DNA of 64,000 nucleotides from the human T2T-CHM13v2.0 reference genome, Homo sapiens (GCF_009914755.1 NC_060926.1), one strand, 5' to 3'. Counted from the first letter of the stretch, positions 39,326-57,556 are shown. A program made the numbers and translations. The notes: generated by a model not told the origin, from the sequence alone.

Positions 39326-41295
39326 ATTTTAGAGAGATTTATTTTGTATATTCATATGCATGCATATATTAATACATACGTGTATGGTTTTGTTTTTGTT
39401 TGTTCATTTCTACTGACTCTCATCATGTGGCCTTAGTGTTGTGTGTTCTGTGATTTTTTTTTTCTTATTGGGAATTCATTTTTGTTGAAATTTTGTTCAT
39501 GGGACATTTGGAAGCTTCTGTTGAGAGTTTATTCCCCTAGAAAGGATGTCTATTTGTCTGAGCCAGCCATCTAGAACTACTGTTCTAACCTATTTTAAAA
39601 CCCAATTCTTATCTTCAAAACAAAAACAAAAACACTTGAGTAGCATGATTTCAAACTTCAAAAATAAAAGAGGCCTGACTTATTATAAATTCTATGCAGG
39701 CACTCTATTTTCCCTTTCCAACCACAGCCCAAGGCTAAGAAAGGCAAGTTCTCTGCATCTCTGTACAGTAGATCTGAGTTCTAGTTCACCCATTCACAAA
39801 GTCTATAGCCGGCCATTGGAGACTCTTGGCTTTATGAAGGATTTCTAAAATGACTCCTCACATCTTCCAGGTTTTTGCCTCCAGTCACTCTCAGGAATAT
39901 AAAATAAAAACTTCTATGGAGTTTAATTGGAAAATATTCATAAGAAAGCTTCAGAATTCAATGGGTCACTTATTTCTCTGGATTCTTAGTATGTTTCTCT
40001 TCCACCCCCCCACCCCTCCACCCACCACACTTCTCTTTCCTCTCCCTTTCTCTTATTCTGAGGATTTTTTTTTAACCAGATGATTTATGTATTATACAAA
40101 ATATTCTTTATATTTTACATTCTATTTTGTGGTACCTGGAGGTTTTTCTATGGTAATGTTCCTACCATACCACTGGAGTCAGAAGTGCAGAATTGGACCT
40201 AGCAACTGAAAGGTCACTCTGACCTTTAAAAAATTGTTTCAGGGAGGCTGAGGTGGGAGGATCACTAGAGCCCAGGAGTTTGAGTCCAAAGTGGGCAACA
40301 TAGTGAGACCCTATTTTTAAAAGAAAAATTTTCTTTCAATAAAATGATTTTGTTGGCTGCCATACTATAGTAGGAAATTAGAAGCTAAAATAAGAAACTA
40401 GACATTATAGTGTTTCTCAAGGAATGCAATGTGTGACAGATGATCACAGACACTTTCAAACTTGTTGTGAGAAAAGATATTAAGTAATAGCTACAATTGG
40501 AGTTGCTATTAAAAAATCAGTTTTGATAGTAGAAAAGGCATTTTCATTTCTGCCCATGAAGGAGAACAGCTATAGGACTGATGTCAAACAACTGTTTTCA
40601 GAACTTGGACAATAGGCAGCACATGAGTGTTATCTCTGGGAAATGAACAACAAATGAGGTGATCCTCTAAATCTACCAGTTTGTTGCATGGTGGTATATA
40701 CCCAGACTTTGGCACAAAGAAGGTGGCTCAAGTAGGGAGTAGCAGTCTAGCTGACTGGCAGAGACAGATGTTTGAGTTGGGGAAGGACGAGGCAGCTGTC
40801 ATTTGCAGAACAGAATGCCAGAAAAGAAGTTAAGCCTAGAAAGGCTCCAGAAATCCTCACAGGGTGTCTTTCAATCTTTTGCTAAATAATAATCTATGTA
40901 TGCATAGAGTGAAACAACACCAGGCAAATTTAAGAACAATTAATTCCAGGGGGCAGAAAAAAGGCATAAGAAAAGAACAAAAAACATGGGAGAAATAAAA
41001 AACAAATGGCAAGATGGTCAATTTAAACCTAACCCTATCAAAATTACATCAAGTATAAATGGTCTAAGCACTTCTAATTAAAAGGCAGAAACTTCAGATT
41101 GGATAAAAAAGCCACACCCAAATATATAACATCCACAAGAAAACCACTTTAAATATAAAGTAATAGGTAAAAGCAAAAGTATAGAGCAGACATACCACTC
41201 AAGCACTAGTCGTTAGATTGCTGAAGCAGCTATATAAATATAGTAGTCTCCCTTATCTGCAGGGGATACAGTGGATGCCTAAAACTTTGAAGAGT

Positions 41296-41745
41296 GGCAG
41301 GTGCGTGGTTCACACCTATAATCCCAGCATTTTGAGAGGCCATGGCAGGAGGATAGCTTGAGCCCAAGGAGTTCAAGACCAGCCTGGGGCAACATAGTGA
41401 GACCATCTCTACAGAAAAAAAAAAAAAAAAAAAAAAATTAGCTGGGCACAGTGGCACACACCTATATTCCCAGGTACTTGGGAGGCAGAGGTGCAGGATC
41501 ACTTGAGCCCAGGAGGTTGGGGCTGCAGAGAACTGTGATTGTACCACACTCCACTCCAGGGCTCAAGTGATCCTCCCACCTCAGCCTCCTGAGTAGCTGG
41601 GACTATAGGTGCACACCACCACACCCAGCTAATTTTTGTATTTTTTTGTAGAGACAGGGTTTCCCCATGTTTCCCAGGCTGGTCTCAAACTCCTGCGACC
41701 AGCCCAAAGTGCTGGGATTACAAGAATGAGCCACCATATCCAGCC
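41296..41745. mobile_element. Tail-to-tail fused inverted Alu pair (+ 41296-41559, - 41560-41745)
   Basis: + Alu stops at cactccag and runs directly into ggctcaagtgatcctccc of a - Alu; both terminal tails are missing. Confidence 0.85.
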
Positions 41746-42704
41746 CATACACTCTTTTCAAGTGTGCATGGAATGTACATGATGAACATTCCATGGCAGG
41801 AGGATCACTTGAGCCTTTAACATATCTTAATATTTAAATCTACATAAATACTATTGCTATGGAGAACTCATTCTGGGCCCATTTGTTTATACTTGAGCTA
41901 GTTCCCACATACTTTATAACTGTTAAGTCAGTATCTGGTAGTCCTGTCTACCCTCCTTCCCTTCTCTTCATGGACCTTTATTTGTCCATATTCACTTTTG
42001 AATGTTAAGTTTCCAAAATAGACAGCTGGTATTTTGACTAAGATTACCTTAAATTCAGGAAACTGGATGTCTCCCACTTTTAAGTCTTTATATCCTATAT
42101 AAAAGTTTTAAATTTGTTTCCATAGTAGTCATATATATATATAGTCAATTCTCAGAAAATTGACAGTATGCTTTTGGGAATGTACCTTGTTTTTTAATAT
42201 ATTTTTAATTGGTTATTACTAATGTGGAAAAATAGTATTAGTTCTAATAATTTATTGATTCTGTTGGATTTTCTATGAAATTACTTCATGTGAAAATAAT
42301 GACAGTTTTATTTCACCCTTACAATCAAAAAAATTTTCCTTCAGAACTTTGGAGACATTATTCTATTTTCATCTGGAGTCATTAATGAGAATTTCAATGG
42401 CAATTTCATTCTTACCCATTATAGGTCATAGTTTGCTTTTGTTAGCTGTTTTCCCTTCGAAGCTTTAACATCTTATCTTCTAGATATTCAGAAATTTCAT
42501 GAGAATCTGTTTAGGAGTGGGCTGTTTATTTAATTCACAATGCTCAAAAGTTTGTGGGCCTTATCAAACTGAAGACATCATGTCTTCTTTTTGGCTGTGG
42601 AAATAGTCATGTATAATTTCTCTTTGTGTTCTGGGAGATTTATTTGACTCTATTTTCTAGTTCTTATACTAAAAAATTTTAATTATAGCTATTTTATTTT
42701 AAAT

Positions 42705-43024
42705 TTCTTTCTTTCTTCTTTCCTTTTTTTTTTTTTTTTTGAGACAAGGTATTGCTCTGTCACCCACGGTGGAGAGTGGTGGCACAATCTATCAAGACTC
42801 ACTGCAGCCTCTACTGCCTGGCTCAAGCAATCCTCCCACCTTATCCTCTAGAGTAGCTGGGACTAGAGGTGGATACCACCATACCTGGATCATTTTTAAA
42901 TTTTCTGTAGAGACAGTATCTCACTATGTTGCCTAGGCTGGTTTTAACTCCTGGGCTTAAGAGATCCTCCTACTTCAGCCTCCCAAAGTGCTGGGGTTAC
43001 AGGCCTGAGCCACCACACTAGGCC
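42705..43024 (-). mobile_element. AluJ-type with TSD
   Basis: ttattttaaatttct on both flanks. Confidence 0.88.
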
Positions 43025-44023
43025 TTATTTTAAATTTCTAAAGGCACTTTTTTTTTGTTTGTTTGTTTCATGATTGTTTCTTTAGTACAACAGGCTGCCC
43101 TGGAAGTTATTGTCTGTTCTTTGAATTATTAATTTCTACCAAGGTCAGCTATATTCTCCTTCTTGCTGATGGCTTTTCCTTAATATGTTTAATGACTCAG
43201 AAATACTGGAAATGCTTTAACTCTAAATCTCTGTGTGGTTTGTTCCCTCCTCACTTCAATCAAGTCTCTAATCTAACGTCAGTTATTCCAGAAAGGACTT
43301 CTGACTCTCCTATCTAAAATAAACTCCTTTTTCCTAGAATTTTCTATCTCCTTACTTTAGTTCTATTTTTTTCCCCAAAGCACAGCATTAGTTAACATTT
43401 ACACTTTTTCTCTCAATTAAATATAAGTTCTATGAAGGTAGGAACCCTTTCTGTCATGTTCACCACAGTATCTCCAATGCCTAGGCACTGTGTGGCACAC
43501 GGTAGGTACTTAATATTTCTTTACTAGAAGATAGGAGGAGGGAAGGAAGAAAAGAAAGAAGGAAAGACATAATAAGTAGGCTATTCTAAATAGTTGTATA
43601 TGCCTCTGCTATTGTACATGAGGCTCTATTTCCTCAATAGGAGTCCTTCCTAAATGGAAAGACAATAAATTTTGCATACATCAGCTTTGCACATATGAAC
43701 TGGACTTGTCAACTTGGCGGGCTTAACCTGGTGGAATTCTGCATCTCTCAAGTCTCATTCATGTTAAGCAGATGCTAACTAACCTTATGCTCATCAATAT
43801 GAAAGGGAAGCATGAATGATAGCATACTAAGAACTATAGCCATTTAAATGCAATGTGTATAATGCTTTTATCAGGTAACTTCAAGTTTATTTAAAGGCCT
43901 GAAGGGAAGATAATGGTCCATTTTTTTTGGTCATAGGTGAAGTATCATTTGGATTACAATGGACTGTTTTGTCTTTTCAAACTTCTCCTGAACAAGTAAT
44001 ATTGGGCAATAAAATAATCTCTA

Positions 44024-44350
<327 letters not shown>

Positions 44351-44756
44351 TTATTTTGTAACTCAAGAAAAATTTTAAATTCTGACTCAAAACCCAAAAA
44401 GTATAATGAAAAGGTTGATAAATTCAATCACATTAAAAAACAAATAACTTCTGCATAGAAAGAAAACATTAATTAAAGAGAAAAGACAAACTGTGAAAAA
44501 AAGTCATAAAAAACAAAGGGCAAATTTCCTTAATATATATGTATATATCAGAAAAAATGTAATAAAATATAATTTTCCTAATATAGATAAAGAGCTCCTA
44601 CAAATCAATATGAAAAAGGCAACAAATCCTCAACAGAAAAATGGGCAAAGGATATAGTTAGTCAGTTTACAGAAAGAAAATATAATGGCTCTTAAACATA
44701 TGCAAAGATGGTCCAGATCTAACTCATATTAAAATAAATGTAAATTGAAACTAGAC

Positions 44757-45059
44757 GGCCGGGCATGGTGGCTCACACCTGTAATCCCAGCACTTTGGGA
44801 GGCCGAGGCCAGTGGATCACAAGGTCAGGAGATTGAGACCATCCTGGCTAACACGGTGAAACCCCATCTCTAATTAAAAAAAAAATACAAAAAATTAGCT
44901 GGGCGTGGTGGCGGGCGCCTGTAGTCCCAGCTACTTGGGAGGCTGAGGCAAGAGAATGGCGTGAACTCAGGAGGCGGAGCTTCCAGTGAGCCAAGATCAC
45001 ACCACTGTACTCCAGCCTGGGCAACAGAGCGAGACTCCATCTCAAAAAAAAAAAAAAAA
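44757..45059 (+). mobile_element. AluY inserted in an old + strand L1 ORF2 remnant (about 44350-45718)
   Basis: ctggctaacacggtgaaacc and gaatggcgtgaac diagnostics; aactagac on both flanks; L1 motifs aaatgggcaaagga, cattgctggtgggaatgta, ctagaagttctagcc. Confidence 0.88.
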
Positions 45060-45445
45060 TGGTAACTAGACTATAACACCATTTTTTACCTATTGTATTG
45101 GCAAAAAAGCCCAAAATTTTAATAATTTACTGTGTTATAAAGATGTTGGCAAACAGGCAGCCTCATGCATTGCTGGTGGGAATGTAATTTGGTTCAATTC
45201 TATTGAGGGCAATTTGGCAAAAAAAATTAAAATTTATAAATGTACAAACTCTTTGTCCCAGCAATTCAACTTCTGGGATTCTAAGAGATATACTCACAAA
45301 CATGTGGACTGAACTTCCTCAACATGATAAAGGGCATGAAAAACTCACAGTTTATATCATACTCAGTGATGAAGACTAAAAGCTCTCCAAGATCTGGTAC
45401 TGATATTCAACATTGCACTAGAAGTTCTAGCCACAGCAATTAGGC

Positions 45446-45575
45446 AAGAAAAAGAAATAAAAAGGGAAGAAGGAAGGGTAGGAAAGGGAAAAAGGAGGGG
45501 AAAGGAAGGGAAGGGGGAAAGGAAGGGAAATGGGAAAAGGAAAGACAAAAAGGAGAAAGAAGAAGAAGAAAGAAA
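45446..45575 (+). repeat. GA-rich (GGAAA/GAAG)n low-complexity tract
   Basis: About 130 nt almost purely purine. Confidence 0.85.
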
Positions 45576-45718
45576 ATACTATTTGTAGACAACATGTTCC
45601 TAGATACAGAAAACCCCAAAGAACAAACAAAGTTACTACAGCTATTAAATGAATTCAGAAAAATTGTAGAGTACAAAATCAGTAGTACATAAAAATCAGT
45701 TGTGTTTCTATGTATCAG

Positions 45719-46973
45719 TGATACGGTTTGGCTGTGTCCCCACCCAGATCTCATCTTGAATTGTAGTTCCCATAATCCCCACATGTCATGGGAGGGACCC
45801 AGTGGGAGGTAATTGAATCATAGGGGTAGTTACCCCCATGCTGCTGTTCTTGTGAATTCTCACGAGATGGTTTTATAAGGGGCTTTTTCCCCTTTGCTTG
45901 GTATTTCTTCTTGCCGCCACGTGAAGAAGTACATGTTTGCTTCCCCTTCTTCCATGATTGTAAGTTTCCTGAAGCCTCCCCAGCCATGCTGAACTGTAAG
46001 TCAAACCTCTTTCCTTTATAAAAGACCCAGTCTTGGATATGTCCTTACAGCAGTGTGAGAACGGACTAACACAGTAAATTGGTACTGCAAAGAGTGAGGT
46101 GCTGCTATCAGGATGCCGGAAAATGTGGAAGTGACTTTGGAACTGGGTAACAGGAAGAGACTGAAACAGTTTAGAGGGCCCAGAAGAGAACAGAAAAATA
46201 TGGGTAAGTTTGGAACTTCCTAGAGGCTTGGAGGCTCACAAGACAGGTAGATGTGGGAAAGTTTGGAACTTCCCAGAGAATTGCTGAATGGCTTTCATGA
46301 AAATGCTGATAGAGATATGGACAATGAAGTCCAGGCTGAGGTGATCTCAGATGGAGATGAGGAACTTGTTGACAACTGGAATAAAGGTGATTCTTGCCCT
46401 GTGTTAGAAAAGAGACTGGCAACATTTTACCCCTGGCCAAGAGATCTGTGGAACTTTGAACTTGAGAAAGATGATCTAGAGTATCTGGTGGAAGAAATTT
46501 CTAAGTGGCAAAGCATTCAAGAGGAAGCAGAGCATAAAAGTTTGGAAAATTTGCAGCCTGACAATGCAGTAGAAAAGAAAAACCCATTTACCAGAGAGAA
46601 ATTCAAGCCTGCTGCAGAAATCTGCATAAGTAACAAGGAGCAGAATGTTAATCACCAAGACAATGGGGAAAATGTTTCCACCTCATGTCAGCAACATTCA
46701 TGGCAGCCCCTCCCATCACAGGCCTGGAGACTTAGGAGGAAAAATGGTTTCGTGGGCTGCGCCCAGGACCCCCCTGCTCTGTGCAGCCTTGGGGTGTGGT
46801 GCCTGCATCCCAGCTGCTTCAGTTCCAGCCATGGCTAAAAGGGGCCAAGGTACAGCTCAGGCCATTACTTCAGAGGGTGCAAGCCCTAAGCCTTGGCAGC
46901 TTACGTGTGGTGTTGAGCATGTGGTGTTGAGCCTGTGTAGAAGTCAAGAACTGAGGTTTGGGAACCTTCGCCT
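45719..46973 (+). mobile_element. THE1 MaLR: 5' LTR (45719-46073) plus 3'-truncated internal region carrying ORF 46251-46838
   Basis: tgatacggtttggctgtgtcccc...ggactaacaca|gtaaattgg; internal ORF MDNEVQAEVISDGDEELVDNWNKGDS is typical of THE1-int. Confidence 0.9.
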
Positions 46974-47200
46974 AGCCATCGTGCACAGCCTCTCTTAGCT
47001 AATTTCTGTTCCTCCATTCTCTCCCCACTGCAAATTGCACTGTAAAAGGAACCAAATTAATCTTTCAAAAGTAATACTTTTATCATTTCACTCCTCCACA
47101 CCAAAACCATCACTGATTCCCTGATGTTGTGCTAATCACCGAATCATTATCATCATCAACGTCATTCACATTTGATGAGGATTTATATGCCAGGCACTGA

Positions 47201-47548
<348 letters not shown>

Positions 47549-47828
47549 TAGAAGGTAGCCTTTTTCTTCTTTTCTTCATTGCTGATTCAGCTAATGTCTT
47601 AATTTAGAGCTGTCCCTGTGTCCCAAAGCAGACGCCAAGGCAAAGATTGTTTAATATCAATGGTCACAAATTTCTTCAATCCCTGTGTGTATGCCCCTTT
47701 GCTGAAATTTCCCCTTTGCTGTAAATTCCATCCCTGTGTGTATGCCCCTATTTCTCCATCCCTTTGAATTTGGGCTGACCAAGTCACTTGCTTTGTCCTA
47801 TAGAATGCAGTGGAAATTATGTTGTTTA

Positions 47829-48135
<307 letters not shown>

Positions 48136-48347
48136 TAGGGCCGGGCGCTGTGGCTCACGCCTGTAATCCCAGTACTTTGGGAGGCTGAGACAGGCAGATC
48201 ATGAGGTCAGGAGATTGAGACCATCCTGGGTAACATGGTGAAACCCTGTCTCTACTAAAAATACAAAAAATTAGCCGGGCGTGGTGGCAGGCACATGTAG
48301 TCCCAGCTACTCGGGAGGCTGAGGCAGGAAAATGGCATGAACCCGGG

Positions 48348-49777
<1,430 letters not shown>

Positions 49778-50491
49778 CCCAGGAGGTGGAGCTTGCAGTG
49801 ACCCGAGACCACGTCACTGCACTCCAGCCTGGGTGACAGAGCGAGACTCCGTCTCAAAAAAAAAAAAAAAAAAAGATCTGGAGCCTAGGCTTCAAGAGGC
49901 ATGTAACTTCCTCCTTGTCATATTGGAGCACTGTCCTGAGGTGCCATGGAAGGAAGCCATTCTAGCTAATGCAGCATGAGAGGCCACAATGAGAACTGAG
50001 TTGCCCCAACCAACAGCCAGCACCACCTGCCAGAAGAGCAAGTGAGTCCCACTTCCGCCAGCACAGCTGGCCCTCCAGCTGAATGTAGCCATATGATGGT
50101 AGTCCTATTTTTATGGATGAGGAAAACAAAGTAGTAAGTAATTTGCACAGTACTGCACACTATTAAGTAGAACAAGGATTACAATCCAGTATGAAACCAC
50201 TAAAATGTGCTGCTTCCCTACAAAAAATAACTTCTAGACTCTTTAATTTGGTAGCTTCCAAATTTATCTGCAATTATATAAAGCATATTTTCTCACAGGA
50301 ATATGTTATACATGCTATAAATTTATCTCTCCAGTCAACCTATAGAAGTCCCTGGAGTACAGAATTGTTACAGCAAGGTAAGAAAATCCTCAACTAAGAT
50401 AATTCCCATTGTCTAAAGCAGATGCTCCAGTAGGTGTGGCATGGAAGAAAGAGTTGGCTTCCCAGCAGCATAAAAATACTACTTAAGTAAC

Positions 50492-50759
<268 letters not shown>

Positions 50760-52781
50760 TTCCAGTAAGAATTTAAATTTCTATGAGATGATATCTTTAT
50801 TTTTCTTTAAAATCTTCTATTATTTGTTCAAAAAAGTGGCCTGCATTCACATAAAGTTTACATACCTAATCATTCACATTTTAAAAAGGAAATGAAAACT
50901 TTCAAATGAAATTATTATATGTACCTTAATTCGTACCACTGGATTATTTTATTAAACCACTCAGCATTATGATTTGAGAATCTATGAAATAACAATGATG
51001 ATACAGACTACAAACACTACTTTTGCAAATCTGCCATAGGAGACAGATAAAAGATCACAGATGAACAAATTAAAATAGGAATAGTTCTGCCTTATTTCAT
51101 AAAGGTTATAATATTCATTATTAATGTTACTTCAATTTATACATGTTAGGTCACTACAGCTGTTTTCATAAATATGAAATGGCTTGTGGATTACATGCTA
51201 AAATTCATAAAAAATGAAAAAATTATCCTGCTCAAAATAGTTTCCCACCCAACATTCCATAATCTTAATAATGTGACCATTTTGAATTTAATTTACTACT
51301 TCTGCAAGACCAGCGTCTTGATATGCAAATAGCGTTCTTCAGAGTAACAGTATCATTGGTAAACAGCTTACCAGAGATTAGCAGGTCAACTAGTGACAAA
51401 ACAGGCCAGTTATATTTGTATGGAAATAAGAAGAGGAAAAGAAAAGAGCTGGGTAATTTGAAGAATACCATGAGAAAACAGGAAGCATACATAACATCAC
51501 TAGATACCAGAGGGGTGGGAACCACCATGATGGGGATAATACAAGATAAGTGAGTGTCCTGCAAATAAAGTTTCATTCATTTAAAACTTCTGCCCAGTTC
51601 ATGTTTCTAATATTTATATCACATTGATTTATTTATTATTGCTCAAGGGCTGCAACTATTAATAGAGAAGAAGTAATCACCACTGCTACTCCCCACCCCC
51701 AATATGGAGGAGGGTGATTGGGAGCATGACCAAATAAAACTCTGGGCTTTTCCCTACCTTCAACCAACCATTTCTACTTTTATTAATTTCATATAAAATA
51801 ACCTCTGATCTAAGTGATTGAATACACTTCTTGACTTATTCTTACTCAAACAATTAGGTTTATTAACTAAAATCTTATAATACAATAAGTAGACTGCCCT
51901 AACTCAAAATATAATTATTGTAACTATTAGCTTCCTATATAAACAATTTGTATGTCCAATTACCTACAACCCGCTTCTATAGAAAGTGTATTAGGAATTC
52001 TAATCTTGGATGCCAGAGGCCTCTGTTCACCATTCCCAGTGGGAAAGAGAACTTCCTTTGCCAGGAGTTAATCAGGGTGGCTTCTGTTGTCTAAGGCTGA
52101 GACATCAATAGTATAGGGCCTAACGTTGCACAGCAACTGGGTATAAAGACTATCAAGAAGGAGCTGAAGAAGCATATTATGATCAGATAAACATTTTTAA
52201 ATTATTAATTGCAAGTGAAATTTTAAAGAATGCTATTAGCTACATTTATATTTTAAGAATTATACTAGAGTATTATTCTGAAAAACATTTTCACATCTAG
52301 CTATGCCTACCAGTGTATTTTCTGGATCTAAAGATACATCTATATTCTAGGTAGATAAAGCAACATTATCAAGCACAAAGAAGCATAGATTCTCCAAGCA
52401 TAAACTAAAGTGTACCAGTAATGAATAAAGTGGCTTAGACAGCAAAAGATATGATTCTCTTAGAATAAGAAAGCCAAACATTCTTAAACAGCCTTAGAAA
52501 CTACGTGAAGTTTTAACAATTGTTTATATGGGCTAGTCATAGAAAGAAACAGTCTGAAAAACTCATAAAAGATTCAAATCAGATGTAGAAATCAAGCTTA
52601 TGAAAGATGTAGTGTTAAGATTCGGCATTAACATTTAAGAGAAAACTACCAAATTTGTATTTATATTCATTTAAATAGTGCTAAATATGTGTATCTTCTC
52701 ATTCCACTTTGTACTTCAGTTTCTCTAAGTAAAATGGGGTATGAATATCAAATTAAAAATATATTTAAAGCATTTAGAAGT

Positions 52782-55011
52782 TGATATGGTTTAGTTGTGT
52801 CCCCACCCAAATCTCATCTTGAATTCCCATGTGTTGTGGGAGGGACCGGGAGATGTAATCGAATCATGGGGGTGGGTCTTTCCTGTGCTGTTCTTGTGAT
52901 AGTGAATAAGTCTCATGAGATCTGATGGTTTTAAAAAGAGAAGATACCCTGTACAAGCTGTCTTCTCTTGTCTGCTGCCATGTGAGACGCACCTTTCACC
53001 TTGTGCGGTGATTGTGAGGCATCACCAGCCACGTGGAACCGTAGTCTATTAAATCTCTTTTTTCCTCCCAGTCTCGGGTATGTCTTTATCAGCAGTGTGA
53101 AAACGGATTAATACAGTAAATTGGTATCAATAGAGTAGAGCGCTGCTTAGAAGATACCCAAAAATGTGGAAGCGACTTTGGAACTGGGAGGTTGGAACAG
53201 CTTGGAAGGCTCAGAAAACAGAAAAGTGTGGGAAAGTTTGGAACTCCCTAGAGATTTGTTGGATGGCTTTGACCAAAATACTGATCATGATATGGACAAT
53301 GAAATCCAGGCTGAGGTAGTCTCAGATGGAGATAAGGAACTTGTTGGGAACTGGAGCAAAGGTGACTCATTATGTTTCAGCAAAGAGACTGGTGGCATTT
53401 TGTCCCTGCCCTAGAGATCTATAGAACTTTGAACTTGAGAGAGATGATTTAGGGTATCTGGTGGAAGAAATTTCTAAGCAGCAAAGTATTCAAGAGGTGA
53501 CTTGGGTGCTGTTAAAGGTGTTCAGTTTTAAAAGGGAAACAGCATAAAATTTGGAAACGTTGCAGCCTGACGATACAATAGAAAAATCCTATTTTCTGAG
53601 GAGAAATTCAAGCTGGCTGCAGAAAGTTGCATAAGTAATGAGGGGCCAAATGTTAATCCCCAAGACAATGGAGAAAATGTCTCCACTGCATGTCAGAGGT
53701 CTTCATAGCAGCCCCTCCCATCACAGGCCCAGAGGCCTAGGAAGAAAAAGTGATTTTGTGGGCTGGGCCCAGGGTCGCTGTGCTGTGTGCAGCCTAGGAA
53801 CTTGGTGCCCTGTGTCCCAGCTGCTCCAGTCATGGCTGAAAAGGGTCAATGTAGAGCTCAGGCTGTGGCTTCAGAGGGTGCAAGCCCCAAACCTTGGCAG
53901 TTTCCATGTGGTGTTGAGCCTGCAAGTGCATAGAAGTCAAGAGGTTTGGGACCTCTGTCTAGATTTCAGAAGATGTATGGAAACGCCTGGATGTCCAGGC
54001 AGAAATTTGCTGCAGGGGTAGAGTGCTCATGGAGAACCTCTGCTAGGGGAGTGCAGAAGGGAAATGTGGGGTCAGAGCCCCCACAAACAGCCCCTACTGG
54101 GGCACCACCTAGTGGAGCTGTGAGAAGAGGGTCATTGTCCTTCAGACTCTAGAATGGTAGATCTGCAGACAGCTTGCACTGTGTGCCCGGAAAAGCTGCA
54201 GACACTAGACGCCAGACTGTGAAAGCAGCCAGGAAGGGGGCTATACTCTGCAAAGCCACAGGAGCCCAAGGCCATGGGAGCCCACCTCTTGCATCAGTGT
54301 GACCTGGGTGTGAGACATAGAGTCAAAGAGATCATTCTGGAGCTTTAATATTTGACTGCCCTGCTGGATTTTGGACTTGTATGGGGCCTGTAGCCCCCTT
54401 TTTTTTTTGGCCAATTTTTCCCATTTGGAATGGCCATATTTACCCAATGACTGTACCCTCATTGTATCTATGAAGTAACCAACCTGCTTTTGATTTTACA
54501 GGCTCATAGGCGAAAGGGAATTGCCTTATTTCGAATGAGACTTTGGACTGTGGACTTCTGAGTTGATGCTGAAATGAGTTAAGACTTTGGGGGACTGCTG
54601 GGAAGGCATGATTGGTTTTGAAATGTGAGGACGTGAGATTTGGGAGGGGTTGGGGTGGAATGATATGGTTTGGCTGTGTCCTCACTCAAATCTCATCTTG
54701 AATTCCCACATGTTGTGGGAGGGATCGGTGGGAGGTAATTGACTCACGGGGCCAAGTCTTGCTGTTCTTGTGATAGTGAATAAGTCTCACAAGATCTGAT
54801 GGTTTTAAAAAGAGGAGTTCCCCTGCACAAGTTCTCTCTCTTTGCCTACTGCCATCTACGTTAAGACATGACTTGCTCCTCCTTGCCTTCCACCATGATT
54901 GCAAGGTATCCCCAGCCATGTAGAACTGTAAGTCCATTAAATCCTTTTTCCTGTATAAATTACCCAGTTTCAGGTATGTCTTTATCAGCAGCATGAATAT
55001 GGACTAATACA
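52782..55011 (+). mobile_element. Full-length THE1 MaLR retroelement: 5' LTR 52782-53115, internal 53116-54660, 3' LTR 54661-55011
   Basis: Both LTRs run tgatatggtt...taataca; polypurine tract before the 3' LTR; 5-bp TSD gaagt/gaaat. Confidence 0.93.
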
Positions 55012-55246
55012 GAAATTAAAATGATGCCTGACACATAATTGCTTAATAAATATTAGCTATTATTATTTGACATTATCATTAGTGTTGTAAAATGAGCAAA
55101 GTCAAGTAAAAATGCATAACAATCTATGCTTTTTATTAATCCTGTCTAGCAAAGGAATCATAACCTCTGCAAATAATTATTCTAAATAATTATTCCTATC
55201 AGTTTACCTCTACCTCTTCCATCTTACTGCTCTAGTAGAAAAATTA

Positions 55247-57136
<1,890 letters not shown>

Positions 57137-57556
57137 ACGGGGATAGGCTACTCTGAATGTGCAGCATGGGGCACATGCCCACTTCTATGGCAAAGATATA
57201 CAGCATAATGAATTTTTACATAGGTATATGCCCTGGTAACCACCACCAAGGGTATGACACATTTCCAACTCAAAAACCTACACGGTGTCACTTTGTTGCC
57301 TAGGGTGGTCTTGAACTCCTGGGCTCAAGTGATCCTCCCCCATCAGCCTTCCCAAAGTGTTGGGATTACAGGCATCGGCCACCACACCAGGCCTGTTCTC
57401 ACTTCTTTCACTCAACATATTGTCTGGGAGATACATCTTTGTTGTTTTATCAGTAGTCCATCCTTTTTATTGCTGTATAAATATACCACAATTCTGCTGG
57501 TGGCATTTAGATTACTTTGTATTTGGGGCTTTAATGAGTAAAGCTGTTATGAGCCC

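Noticed and set aside
45363-45784. F/P/S/L-rich ORFs
   Set aside because: Reverse translation of the GA-rich simple repeat
51265-51576. Overlapping opposite-strand ORFs (103 aa and 76 aa) in non-repeat DNA
   Set aside because: No recognisable motif, no KANSL1-like similarity and no convincing acceptor/donor pair on -; length is within chance expectation
53166-54994. ORF cluster resembling ORF 46251-46838
   Set aside because: Frameshifted THE1 internal/LTR sequence; the similarity reflects repeat homology, not a gene family
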